Source: Patescibacteria group bacterium
Lineage (GTDB): Bacteria > Patescibacteriota > Patescibacteriia > Patescibacteriales > UBA12465
DNA: 64,000 nt
NCBI GenBank assembly: GCA_041664445.1
Contig: JBAYKT010000006.1
Location: forward strand, 8,058 to 72,057
Direction: 5' to 3'
Shown here: positions 7,956 through 17,455 of the stretch, piece after piece
Layout of the letters: every line of letters starts with the position of its first letter
Numbering within the stretch: the first letter of the stretch is position 1
The notes under the pieces: model-generated
Database searches by the model: none
Seen by the model: only the letters and a program-made list of their open reading frames with translations
Told to the model about the DNA's origin: nothing
Translations under genes and position numbers: made by a program

Positions 7956-8585
7956 TTATTTTGAATAATATTCAATGATCATATGAACATTGATGCTTTG
8001 TGGAAGATCTTCGTCCTTAGGTTCGTGTAGAATCTTCGCGGCCATCTCTGTATTGTTGAAATTTATCCAGCTTGGTCTTTCAGCCTTAGCAATCTTTTCA
8101 TTGGCATTTCTGAAATATGGACTCTTTTGGCTAGATTTTCTAATTTTAATAACTTGTCCCAGCTTAACACTGAAAGAAGGGATATCGGTCTTGCGATCAT
8201 TAACGGTAAAATGTCCGTGATTTACCAATTGACGAGCTTGCGCACGGGAACTAGCAAAACCAGCCTTGAAAATAACGTTATCCAAACGTGATTCCAATAA
8301 TTTCAAGAAGTTCTTACCGGCATCACCCTGTTTCTTGGCTGCCTTTTCAAAAGTCAAACGGAATTGCTTTTCGGAAACGCCATAATATTTCTTGGCTTTT
8401 TGTTTTTCAGTTAACTGTGTTCCGAAGTCGCTCAAACGCTTGCGTCCTTTAGGACCATGAAAACCCGGAGCGTAGTTACGCTTAACCATCGCACATTTTG
8501 GCGAAAAACATCTTTCACCTTTTAGAAAAAGTTTTTCACCGACGCGACGGCATTGCTTACATTTATTATCAATATTTCTTCCCAT
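7956..8585 (-). CDS. rpsD: 30S ribosomal protein S4 (zinc-ribbon form)
   Basis: N-terminal CKQCRRVGEKLFLKGERCFSPKC, S4 domain LESRLDNVIFKAGFASSRAQARQLVNHGHFTVN. Confidence 0.95.
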   Translation of the reverse strand: MGRNIDNKCKQCRRVGEKLFLKGERCFSPKCAMVKRNYAPGFHGPKGRKRLSDFGTQLTEKQKAKKYYGVSEKQFRLTFEKAAKKQGDAGKNFLKLLESRLDNVIFKAGFASSRAQARQLVNHGHFTVNDRKTDIPSFSVKLGQVIKIRKSSQKSPYFRNANEKIAKAERPSWINFNNTEMAAKILHEPKDEDLPQSINVHMIIEYYSK

Positions 8586-8600
8586 ATTTTTGTGATTAGT

Positions 8601-9182
8601 TTAAACTCTTCTCGGCTTCTTAGGACGGCAACCATTATGAGGAACCGGGGTGGTGTCCTTGATTGACGAGACGTCCAAACCATTAGCATTTAAAGCGCGG
8701 ATAGCGGCTTCGCGGCCAGTACCAACACCAGAAACAAAGACGCTTACTTCTTGCAAGCCATATTCTTCTTTAGCTTTCTGAGCGGCAATCTTAGTAATAA
8801 TTTGAGCGGCATAAGGAGTGGCTTTCTTGGCGCCCTTAAATCCGGCTAATCCGGCTGAAGCCCAAGCGATAACATCGCCGTTATTATCAGTTAAAGTAAT
8901 CATGGTGTTGTTATAAGTCGCCTGAATATAGGCGCGACCAACCTTGACTACTCTAGCTGTTTTTTTCTTTTTCTTTTTAACTAATTTTTTCTTGGCGCGA
9001 GCAGCCTTATTTTTTTCAAGTTTTTGCTTGATTTCTTCCGGCAACTCTTCATCAGAGGAATCAAAAGAAAAGGCCGCCATTTCATCGCGTTCTTCTTTCT
9101 CTTCACTGTTAATTGCTTTTTCAGCAACTGGAAGCGAAGTTTCTTCTGATTTTTCTGCGTCTTTTTTTACTTCTTCAGACAT
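8601..9182 (-). CDS. rpsK: 30S ribosomal protein S11 with a ~65-aa acidic/Lys-rich N-terminal extension
   Basis: The core [30 protein letters not shown]...[13 protein letters not shown] matches S11. It is preceded by an E/K-rich segment absent from E. coli S11. Confidence 0.9.
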   Translation of the reverse strand: MSEEVKKDAEKSEETSLPVAEKAINSEEKEERDEMAAFSFDSSDEELPEEIKQKLEKNKAARAKKKLVKKKKKKTARVVKVGRAYIQATYNNTMITLTDNNGDVIAWASAGLAGFKGAKKATPYAAQIITKIAAQKAKEEYGLQEVSVFVSGVGTGREAAIRALNANGLDVSSIKDTTPVPHNGCRPKKPRRV

Positions 9183-9205
9183 ATTTTAAACTCTTAGAAT
9201 TTTAA

Positions 9206-9601
9206 TTAGGTCTTCTGTAATCCGGCCTTGCTCTTGCCGCTCACCGCGGTCATGCGCTTATTGCCACGAACAGTACGACTATTAGTTTTAGTTCTCTGAC
9301 CTCTAACCGGTAAATGCTTGGCGTGTCTCAAACCGCGATAACAACCGATTTCTTTCAAACGCTTGATATTGCTTTGAACTTCACGACGCAAATCGCCTTC
9401 AACCGTAAATTTCTTTTCGACTAATTCTCGTAAAAGATTAACATCTGATTCCTTTAAGTCCTTAACTCTGATATCTTTATCGACTTTGGCGGTTTCCAAA
9501 ATTTTATTGGAACGAGTGCGCCCAATGCCATAGATATAAGTTAAAGCGATTTCGATTCTTTTTTCGTTAGGGATATTAACTCCCGCTATTCTTACTGCCA
9601 T
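9206..9601 (-). CDS. rpsM: 30S ribosomal protein S13
   Basis: [35 protein letters not shown] is canonical S13. Confidence 0.95.
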   Translation of the reverse strand: MAVRIAGVNIPNEKRIEIALTYIYGIGRTRSNKILETAKVDKDIRVKDLKESDVNLLRELVEKKFTVEGDLRREVQSNIKRLKEIGCYRGLRHAKHLPVRGQRTKTNSRTVRGNKRMTAVSGKSKAGLQKT

Positions 9602-9613
9602 AGATATTAAAAA

Positions 9614-9727
9614 TTACCCCTGTCTTTGTTTATGTTTAGGGTTTTTGCAAATTACGTGGACCCGACCTTTGCGTCGCACTACTTTGCAGTCTTTACAAAT
9701 TTTCTTAGCGCTGGCTCTCACTTTCAT
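9614..9727 (-). CDS. rpmJ: 50S ribosomal protein L36 (not in the supplied ORF track)
   Basis: Manual translation of the minus strand gives [37 protein letters not shown] followed by TAA. This is the canonical L36, in the conserved position between infA and rpsM. Confidence 0.9.
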   Translation of the reverse strand: MKVRASAKKICKDCKVVRRKGRVHVICKNPKHKQRQG

Positions 9728-9800
9728 ATGATACTGTTTACTTGTCTTTCTTAATTAAACTGCGAGGTTTAATATATAAAACAATTCTATATTTTTATAA

Positions 9801-10058
9801 TTACATGCGGTAAGTAATCCGCCCTTTGCTTAAGTCGTAAGGGCTGATTTGAAGTTTAACCTTATCACCCGGAAGCAAGCGGATACGGTTCATTCTCATT
9901 TTGCCGGAAAGATGAGCAAGAATTTCATGGCCATTTTCTAGGGCCACGCGAAAACTAGCGGCTGGCATTAGCTCTAATACCTCGCCCTGCATTTCAATAA
10001 AATCTTTGGCGTTCAAATCACTGGATATTTCGTTGTTGTTTCCCATGTCTTTTGACAT
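9801..10058 (-). CDS. infA: translation initiation factor IF-1
   Basis: S1-like core [64 protein letters not shown]. The track ORF extends to 10100, but the hydrophobic first 14 aa look non-native, so I prefer the ATG at 10058. Confidence 0.88.
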   Translation of the reverse strand: MSKDMGNNNEISSDLNAKDFIEMQGEVLELMPAASFRVALENGHEILAHLSGKMRMNRIRLLPGDKVKLQISPYDLSKGRITYRM

Positions 10059-10151
10059 TAACACAAAAAAATTTGATAAAGACAAGACTCGCCTTATCAA
10101 AGTTTTTTAAAAATATTTTCGCTTATTTAATATAATATTCTTAATAAAATT

Positions 10152-10180
10152 ATTATAGGGATAAGTTTGAAAGTTGTCAA
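10152..10180 (-). promoter_or_regulatory. perfect consensus sigma70 promoter (TTGACA-17 nt-TATAAT) upstream of infA
   Basis: The minus strand reads TTGACA (10180-10175), a 17-nt spacer actttcaaacttatccc, then TATAAT (10157-10152). It lies between the alaS stop and infA. Confidence 0.7.
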
Positions 10181-10190
10181 TAGTTAACAC

Positions 10191-12014
10191 CTATCCCTCT
10201 AAGACCGCCTTAATACGCCTAACACCGGCACTGGATGACTCCTCTTTCTGAATCTTAAATTTACCTAATATTCCAGTATTATTTACGTGCGGGCCACCAC
10301 AAATTTCTTGAGAATAGGCGACTTTAACATCTGGCTTCCCGTCAGCCAATAATGACGCCGCCGTATAAACCTTAACCCGCTCACCATACTTGGAATCAAA
10401 GACTCCCATCGCTCCCCGCTCCTTAGCTTCTTCAAGCGATAATTCCTCACAAGTTACCGGCAAATTGGCGGTAATTGCTTCATTAACTAATTCCTCGGCT
10501 TTAGCGATTTGTTCGGGAGTCATCTTCTCCGTATGAGAAAAGTCAAAGCGTAATCTCTCGGAAGTAATATTACTTCCTTTTTGGGTGACGTGCTCGCCCA
10601 GGACTTGGCGCAAAGCGGCTAGCAATAAATGAGCAGCAGTATGTAATTTAGTAGTCTCTTCACTATGGTCAGCCAAACCGCCCTTGAATTTACCGGCGGA
10701 AGCAGTCCGCGAAAGTTCTTGATGCTTAGCTAATTCTAAGGCAAAGCCCTCTTTATCAACCTTAATCCCCTTTTCGGCAGCCAACTCTTCGGTAATCTCC
10801 AAAGGAAAGCCGTAGCTTTGATAAAGCCGGAAGGCGTCTTCCCCGCTTAAATTACCTTGAGCTAATTTTTCAAATTCTAAAATACCTTTTTCTAGAGTAT
10901 GAGAAAATTTCTCGGTCTCTTTAGTAAGCTCACTGGAAATGGTTGGCAGATTATTTTTTATTTCAGGATAAACATTGGCATAAATTTGAGCGACAGCGGC
11001 CGCAATCTCGGCTGGCCAATTAATATCTTGCTGGCTGATTCCCAATTGACGACCATAACGTATTGCTCGTCTGATTAATCGTCTAAGCACATATCCTTGA
11101 TCGGTATTAGAGGGAGCAATTCCTTTATCGTCACCAATAATAAGGGTGGCCGCTTTTAAGTGATCAGCAATAATGCGCATCGCCTTGTCACTATTAGAGT
11201 CAGCACCATATTTTTGGCCACTCAATTCTTCAATCTTATTAATAAGCGGACGGAACAACTCGGTTTGATAATTATCATTCAAGCCGTTAATCACTGCCAA
11301 GACTCTTTCCAAACCTAAACCAGTATCAACATTGGTTTGTTTAAGCGGTTCAAAGTTTCCGTCAGCCGTCTTATTATATTGCATGAAAACGTCATTCCAA
11401 ATTTCCACCCATAAATCGTTGTCATCATTAAAGCTTGCCGGAACCTTATCAGCATCTCCGACCCAATAAAACATTTCCGAATCCGGGCCGCAAGGACCAG
11501 TAATTCCGGCTGGACCCCACCAATTATTTTTTTTAGGCAATTTTGCGATTCTTTCAAGCGGCAAATTATTAGATTTAAAAATTTCTTCCCAGATCTGATA
11601 AGCTTCTTCATCATAAGGCGCATCAGCGTCTCCCTGAAAAACAGAAACGGCTAAGCGGTTTTTATCAAGACCAAGCCAAAATGTTGAAGTTAAAAACTCC
11701 CAGCTAAAGTTGATGGCTTCTTTTTTAAAATAATCACCCAGTGACCAATTGCCCATCATTTCAAAAAAAGTATGATGTGTCCTGTCACCAACCTCGTCAA
11801 TATCTCCAGTTCTAATACATTTTTGCGCATCTGTCAGACGATTGCCGGCCGGATGTTTTTCACCCAAAAGAAAAGGCACAAGCGGATGCATTCCCGCTGT
11901 TGTAAACAAAACCGTCGGGTCATTTTCCGGAATTAAACTAGCACTAGAAATAACCGCATGTCCTTGAGCTTTAAAAAAATCTAAATATTTTTGGCGTAAT
12001 TCGTTAGCGTTCAT
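10191..12014 (-). CDS. alaS: alanyl-tRNA synthetase, short form (catalytic, tRNA-recognition and editing domains; no C-Ala domain)
   Basis: MNANELRQKYLDFFKAQGHAVISSASLIPENDPTVLFTTAGM is canonical AlaRS. Editing-domain motifs HTAAHLL and CGGPHV are present. The protein ends about 30 aa after CGGPHV at 607 aa. Confidence 0.9.
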   Translation of the reverse strand: MNANELRQKYLDFFKAQGHAVISSASLIPENDPTVLFTTAGMHPLVPFLLGEKHPAGNRLTDAQKCIRTGDIDEVGDRTHHTFFEMMGNWSLGDYFKKEAINFSWEFLTSTFWLGLDKNRLAVSVFQGDADAPYDEEAYQIWEEIFKSNNLPLERIAKLPKKNNWWGPAGITGPCGPDSEMFYWVGDADKVPASFNDDNDLWVEIWNDVFMQYNKTADGNFEPLKQTNVDTGLGLERVLAVINGLNDNYQTELFRPLINKIEELSGQKYGADSNSDKAMRIIADHLKAATLIIGDDKGIAPSNTDQGYVLRRLIRRAIRYGRQLGISQQDINWPAEIAAAVAQIYANVYPEIKNNLPTISSELTKETEKFSHTLEKGILEFEKLAQGNLSGEDAFRLYQSYGFPLEITEELAAEKGIKVDKEGFALELAKHQELSRTASAGKFKGGLADHSEETTKLHTAAHLLLAALRQVLGEHVTQKGSNITSERLRFDFSHTEKMTPEQIAKAEELVNEAITANLPVTCEELSLEEAKERGAMGVFDSKYGERVKVYTAASLLADGKPDVKVAYSQEICGGPHVNNTGILGKFKIQKEESSSAGVRRIKAVLEG

Positions 12015-12048
12015 ATTTATATAAAATTCTAATTTATCTTAGACTTTA

Positions 12049-13068
12049 CTATATTATATTAACTTCCTCACTTAAATCAAGGCCAAACTTCTTTTTAACC
12101 GCGGCCTTAACTTTGGTCACCAGACTTAAAACTTGTTTAGCACTAGCGCCGCCCTCATTAACCAAAATCAGCGCTTGTTTTTCATACATCCGAACCGGTC
12201 CAAATTTCTTACCCTTGAGCCCAGCCTGTTCAATTAACCAACCGGCCGGTATTTTTATTTTATTAGCTTGACCAGGAAAAGATGGAATCTCCGAATATTG
12301 TTGCTGTAATTTTTTGAATTGAGCCCTACTTATCTCCGGATTCTTAAAAAAGGAACCGGAATTAGGCAAAGCCTGCGGATTGGGAAGCTTACTATTTCTA
12401 ATTTCACCGATAGTATTAACAATGTCACGAATCGTAATTTTCTTGATACCCTTCTCGACTAATTTTTCTTTAATGGAGCCATAGTCTAATTGAAAATTAG
12501 GCTTGAGTGCCAAAGATACGACCACTGAATAAATAAAGTAGCGCCCTTTAAACTTATTTTTAAAAACGCTGTCCCGATAACCGAAGCGGCAATCAGCCGC
12601 AGAAAATATTTTTTCCTGACCGGTTTTCAAATCAAAAGCTAAAAGATGATGGAAAGAATCTTTAAACTCGACACCGTAAGCGCCGATATTCTGGACCGGA
12701 GCCGCGCCGACCGTGCCATAAATCAAAAATAAATTTTCCAGGCCATAAAATTTATGATTAGCCGTAAAGGCAACAAACTTTGACCAAGATTCTCCCGACA
12801 AAGCTTCCACCAAAACTCGGGTTTTATTTTTTTCAATTACTTTTATCCCCTTAATTTCATTTTTTAAAACTAAACCCTTAATTCTCTGGGAAAATAAAAT
12901 ATTAGAGCCGCCGCCTAAAACGGTTATCGGCTGCTTATTTTTTTTAGAAAAAGCCAAAGCCTCCAAAAGTTCTGACTTATTTTTCACAATCGCAAAATAA
13001 TCGGCGAGCGTGCCGACTTTAATGGTTGTATATTGTCCCAGCGGATGGTCTTTTTCTATTTTTAACAT
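12049..13068 (-). CDS. murB: UDP-N-acetylenolpyruvoylglucosamine reductase
   Basis: FAD-binding motif ITVLGGGSNILF. C-terminal GWLIEQAGLKGKKFG and GGASAKQVL motifs are typical of MurB. Confidence 0.9.
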   Translation of the reverse strand: MLKIEKDHPLGQYTTIKVGTLADYFAIVKNKSELLEALAFSKKNKQPITVLGGGSNILFSQRIKGLVLKNEIKGIKVIEKNKTRVLVEALSGESWSKFVAFTANHKFYGLENLFLIYGTVGAAPVQNIGAYGVEFKDSFHHLLAFDLKTGQEKIFSAADCRFGYRDSVFKNKFKGRYFIYSVVVSLALKPNFQLDYGSIKEKLVEKGIKKITIRDIVNTIGEIRNSKLPNPQALPNSGSFFKNPEISRAQFKKLQQQYSEIPSFPGQANKIKIPAGWLIEQAGLKGKKFGPVRMYEKQALILVNEGGASAKQVLSLVTKVKAAVKKKFGLDLSEEVNII

Positions 13069-13091
13069 ATAAATATTTATTAACGGGAAAA

Positions 13092-14903
13092 TTATTCTTC
13101 CAATTCACCGACTTCTTGCAGTTTTAATAATTTAGAATACAGGCCTCCGGAAACTCTGGCTAATTCCAAATGATTCCCTTCTTCGGCCACCTGGCCATTT
13201 TCCAAGACAATTATTTTATCAGCATTTTTAATAGTACTCAAGCGATGGGCAATAATAATCATGGTGCGCCCGCGGCTAATCTTTTTCATCGCGTCAGAAA
13301 TCAAGCGTTCACTCTCGCTATCCAAACTGGAAGTCGCCTCATCAAAAATTAAGACTCGAGGATTGGCCAAAATTGCACGGGCAATCCCTAAACGCTGTCG
13401 TTGGCCGCCGGACAATTTAATGCCTCGTTCGCCCACTAAAGAATCATAGCCTTTCCCCAGCTTAAGAATAAATTCTTCAGCATTAGCAATGCGCGCCGCG
13501 GCTTGAATCTCCTGTTTAGTGGCGTCTGGTTTGGCATAAGAAATATTTTCAGCCACCGTTAAATCAAAAATTTCTACTTCCTGCGGAACAATCGCCAAGA
13601 ACTTACGAAAAGCTTTTAAATCATAAGAGCGTAAATCGCGGCCATCAAGCAAGACTTGACCTGACTGCGGATCGTAATGGCGATAAACTAAACGCGCGAC
13701 TGTGGTTTTGCCGCCGCCGGAAGGTCCAACCAAGGCCACGACGGAACCGGAACTGATTTTAAAATTTAGTTTAGAAACCGCGGTTCGCAAATTATCACCG
13801 TAAGCGAAAGAAACATTCTTAAAAGCAATTTCTCCGACTATTTTTTTAGGAATAAGCCCTCTAGTTTTATTCTTAATTTCATCAGTGGCATTAAACAATT
13901 GTAATAAGCGATTAACGCCTTCACGCCCTTCTTCCATCTTATCGTAAAATCTGGTCAAACGGTATAAAGAAGCATAAGCAGTTTCGCTGAGCGTAAAAAT
14001 AAAGATTAAAGTACCGACGCTCATTGAGCCTTCAGCCACCAAATAAACGCCCAACAACAAAACAGTGGCCCGACCGATATCAGCAATGGAATTTCGTACT
14101 AAACCGATTTTCATCATCCAACCCCATTGCTTATCTTCATTTTCTCTTAGGTCATTTTTAATTTTACCGAACTCGCGGAGCTCACGGTCTTCCTGAACAA
14201 ATGATTGGACGGCATTAATATTAATGATTGACTGAGTCATTTTGCCAGAAGCGGTTTCATAATCGCGATAAATTTGTTTTCTGACCGGATACATACGACG
14301 ATTAGACCAATAAACAATGGCAACGAAAATAGCGGCAAAAAACAAAAAAGAGGAACCAATTCGCCAATCTGACCAAAATAAAGCAACTAGCGTAAAACTT
14401 AGTTGAATAAGTGTCGGAAAAAACTCCCAAAAGAAATTGTTTAAAAATTCGGAAATCTTATCAACTCCTTTTTCTATTTTAATTATCTTGGCGCCGGTAT
14501 TTTGTTTTTCATGATATCCTAAGCTGAGCGAAACTAATTTCTCCTGCGCTTTCATGCCTAAAGAATATTCAACCTCCACCAACATCCGCAAAATCTGACG
14601 GTCACTAAAATAATGAATAAAAGAACGCACTTCTTCCGTCGTCAAATAAAGAGCAATTAACTTTAACAAAAAAATGATGCGCTCTTTATCAAAATTATTT
14701 AAGCTATCGACCACTACTTTTAAAAGATAGGGTTTTAATAAATCCAAGGCGCCAATAAACAGCGAAATAATAACAATTTTGATAAAAAACTTGCGGAAGG
14801 GCTTAAGTAAAAACCAAAAATCAAACCAAAAACTACGACGAGCGCCGCTAGTTTCTAATTTTTTAAAATCTAGTTTTTTTTCAGTGGTTTTTGTTTTTTG
14901 CAT
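13092..14903 (-). CDS. ABC exporter, fused TMD-NBD (MsbA/multidrug-type), embedded in the mur cluster
   Basis: Six predicted TM helices, then Walker A GPSGGGKTT, signature LSGGQRQR and Walker B LIFDEATSSLD. The ATG at 14903 overlaps the murC 3' end by 34 nt. Confidence 0.85.
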   Translation of the reverse strand: MQKTKTTEKKLDFKKLETSGARRSFWFDFWFLLKPFRKFFIKIVIISLFIGALDLLKPYLLKVVVDSLNNFDKERIIFLLKLIALYLTTEEVRSFIHYFSDRQILRMLVEVEYSLGMKAQEKLVSLSLGYHEKQNTGAKIIKIEKGVDKISEFLNNFFWEFFPTLIQLSFTLVALFWSDWRIGSSFLFFAAIFVAIVYWSNRRMYPVRKQIYRDYETASGKMTQSIININAVQSFVQEDRELREFGKIKNDLRENEDKQWGWMMKIGLVRNSIADIGRATVLLLGVYLVAEGSMSVGTLIFIFTLSETAYASLYRLTRFYDKMEEGREGVNRLLQLFNATDEIKNKTRGLIPKKIVGEIAFKNVSFAYGDNLRTAVSKLNFKISSGSVVALVGPSGGGKTTVARLVYRHYDPQSGQVLLDGRDLRSYDLKAFRKFLAIVPQEVEIFDLTVAENISYAKPDATKQEIQAAARIANAEEFILKLGKGYDSLVGERGIKLSGGQRQRLGIARAILANPRVLIFDEATSSLDSESERLISDAMKKISRGRTMIIIAHRLSTIKNADKIIVLENGQVAEEGNHLELARVSGGLYSKLLKLQEVGELEE

Positions 14904-16303
14904 AATAATTCTTCGCCAACTCTAAAAACGTCGCCCGCTCCCATTAACAAAAGCAAATCGCCCGCCTTAATATTGGTTCGCAAATAATTAGCGGCCTGGG
15001 CAATATCCTTAAGATTAGAAACCGGCTGAGAGATTGACTGCTGTTTATTGAATTTTTGAATCGCTCTGACCAATTGGGCGCTGGAAACTCCGCCCTGTTT
15101 CTCGCGCGCTGAACCATAAATATCCAGCACAATTAATTCTTGTGCGTTTCCAAAACTAGAGACAAAATCATTAAATAGCGCCTTAGTCCTGGTGAAGGTA
15201 TGAGGGTGAAAAACAACGCGCAATTTTTTGTTCGGATAATGACGCCTAATTCCCTCTAAGGTCGCGGCTATTTCCGTGGGGTGATGCGCATAATCATCAA
15301 TAATTAAAGCGCCTTGATATTTCCCTAAAATTTGCGCCCGACGCTCCGTACCACGAAAATCAAACAGATGCTTCTTAATCTCAGCTAAAGAAACTCCTAA
15401 ATCGCGGGCGGTCGCAATGACGGCCAGGGCGTTATAAATATTATGCTTTCCCCAAAGTCTAATCTTAAATTCTCCCAAATTGTTAACAAAAAAATACTGA
15501 TAACCGTTTTTAATTCTAATTCCATGAGCCAAATAATTAACCGTCTCATTATTATAATTGGTATCAGCAATATCATAATTTATAATCCGCGCTCGGCAAT
15601 ACTTTTTAATTTTACGGCTTAAAGTATCGTGATGATTAGTCACTAAAAATCCGGAAGTCGGAATCCTTTTAATAAACTGGGAAAAAACTTGAATATAATC
15701 GGCTTCGGTCTTAAAAAAATCCGGATGATCATAATCAATATTGTTTAAAACGACTCCATACGGATTTAAATATTGAAGTTTGTTACCATATTCATCGGCT
15801 TCGGAAACAAAAATCTTTCCCGAGCCACTTAGACTCCCGCCCTTAAACTGCGGCACATTGGAGCCCACAAAAACATTTGGCTTCTTTCCGGCTTTAAAAA
15901 GAACATAGCCCAGCCAAGCAGAAACGGTGGTCTTGCCATGACTACCGCAAACGGCAATCCCTTGATGCGCGCTAAAAATTTCGCCCAAAGCTTCGGAATA
16001 GGTTAAAATGCGCGTTTTTTTAAATAAGTCCGGATTATCTTGAATAAATTTCAGCTCCGGATTATTTCCCGAATTATAAGCGATAGAGTGGATTATTAAT
16101 TTAGCATCAAGCGGTAAATTTTTTTGACTAAAAGGAGCTTTAACCGTTATTTTCAAACGCGCTAAAATTTTGTCAGTCATAAAAGTTTCCGCCACATCAG
16201 AACCGGAAACCGAAACGCCGCGCGCTTTTAAAAATTGAGCGAGAGTTGCCATCCCGACGCCCTTGATACCAATCATATAAATTGTCTGATTTTTTTTGAA
16301 CAT
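14870..16303 (-). CDS. murC: UDP-N-acetylmuramate--L-alanine ligase
   Basis: YMIGIKGVGMATLAQFLKARGVSVSGSD (Rossmann N-domain) and the CGSHGKTT P-loop are typical of MurC. Confidence 0.9.
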   Translation of the reverse strand: MFKKNQTIYMIGIKGVGMATLAQFLKARGVSVSGSDVAETFMTDKILARLKITVKAPFSQKNLPLDAKLIIHSIAYNSGNNPELKFIQDNPDLFKKTRILTYSEALGEIFSAHQGIAVCGSHGKTTVSAWLGYVLFKAGKKPNVFVGSNVPQFKGGSLSGSGKIFVSEADEYGNKLQYLNPYGVVLNNIDYDHPDFFKTEADYIQVFSQFIKRIPTSGFLVTNHHDTLSRKIKKYCRARIINYDIADTNYNNETVNYLAHGIRIKNGYQYFFVNNLGEFKIRLWGKHNIYNALAVIATARDLGVSLAEIKKHLFDFRGTERRAQILGKYQGALIIDDYAHHPTEIAATLEGIRRHYPNKKLRVVFHPHTFTRTKALFNDFVSSFGNAQELIVLDIYGSAREKQGGVSSAQLVRAIQKFNKQQSISQPVSNLKDIAQAANYLRTNIKAGDLLLLMGAGDVFRVGEELLCKKQKPLKKN

Positions 16304-16311
16304 GACAAGTA

Positions 16312-17445
16312 TTAATTAGCGGCTAAAATTTCTTTAATTAACGCTGCCATCGTTTCCGAGGCGTGACGTTTCATAACTTTAGAAATATTGGAACTTAATT
16401 TAGTTTGCAATTCCGAGTTGCTTAGAATATTTTTTATTTCCGTTACAAAATCCTCAGCTCTTAATTCTGTTTGCGATAAAACCAGAGCGGCATTTAAACG
16501 TTTAAAAATAATAGCGTTATCTTCTTGTTGGGATTTGGGAATGGGAATTAAAATCGCCGATTTGGCTAATTCACATAACTCGGTCAAAGTCGCCAAGCCA
16601 CAACGCGAAATAACTAAATCGGCGGCGGCCATCAATTGAAAAACATCAGCGGGCGAAAGTAATTCAAAAACTTGATAGTCGCTAACTTGATTGGGATTAA
16701 CTGGCGTAAGTGGCAACTTCCCTTTGCCGGTAATATGGATAATTTGAGCAAATTCAATAATCTCTGTTTTGGCTCCGGCAATCAAATCATTCAAGGCCGC
16801 AGCGCCAGTAGCCCCGCCGGTAACTAAAATTAAAGGCTTAGTATCTAAAAGGCGATATTTTTCTTTAATATTTTTAATCGCTTCAGCTTTATTTTCCAGA
16901 GTGGCGATTGGGTTCCCAATCCAAACAGCCTTAGAACCGTAATCACGCAAAGATTTTTCAAAAGTAACGGTTACCAGACGTGCCGCCGGCGCCATCAACT
17001 TATTAGCCAATCCGGGACGGACATCTTGCTGATGAATAATAATCGGAATATTTTTCAATCTAGCCGCCCAAACTAAAGGCACACTGACAAAACCACCAGC
17101 ACTAATTATTAAGCTGGGGCGTTCGCGTCGCAAAAGCGAAAAAGAAAGGATAAACGCCAGCAATATTTTTAATAAATCAGAAAAATTATGAAAAGAAAAA
17201 TAACGACGTAATTTGCCAGCTGGTAAAGAAATAAACTTTAATTTTTTATTTCCCGGTAAGTTAAAAGATGCCACCATTGATTTTTCCGGACCAGTCTTAG
17301 TACCCACAAAAACCAAGTTGAAATTATCAACCGCTAATTCCTTAGCAATCGCCAAAAGAGGCGTTACCGGACCACCGGAACCGCCGCCGCTTAAAATAAT
17401 GGTTTTAGGGTCGTAAGTCTTCATATTTAAAACAACCTTTAACAA
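16312..17445 (-). CDS. murG: undecaprenyldiphospho-muramoylpentapeptide beta-N-acetylglucosaminyltransferase
   Basis: LSGGGSGGPVTPLLAIAKEL and the C-terminal RCGLATLTELCELAKSAILIP are MurG (GT28) signatures. The start may be the internal ATG at 17424. Confidence 0.9.
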   Translation of the reverse strand: MLKVVLNMKTYDPKTIILSGGGSGGPVTPLLAIAKELAVDNFNLVFVGTKTGPEKSMVASFNLPGNKKLKFISLPAGKLRRYFSFHNFSDLLKILLAFILSFSLLRRERPSLIISAGGFVSVPLVWAARLKNIPIIIHQQDVRPGLANKLMAPAARLVTVTFEKSLRDYGSKAVWIGNPIATLENKAEAIKNIKEKYRLLDTKPLILVTGGATGAAALNDLIAGAKTEIIEFAQIIHITGKGKLPLTPVNPNQVSDYQVFELLSPADVFQLMAAADLVISRCGLATLTELCELAKSAILIPIPKSQQEDNAIIFKRLNAALVLSQTELRAEDFVTEIKNILSNSELQTKLSSNISKVMKRHASETMAALIKEILAAN

Positions 17446-17455
17446 TTAATCAAAC

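Noticed and set aside
11315-11623. 102-aa same-strand alternative-frame ORF inside alaS. Similar internal ORFs occur inside nrdA, secA, ileS, murC, mreB and other genes.
   Set aside because: All are nested in genes with unambiguous homology in another frame, and none has a motif of its own.
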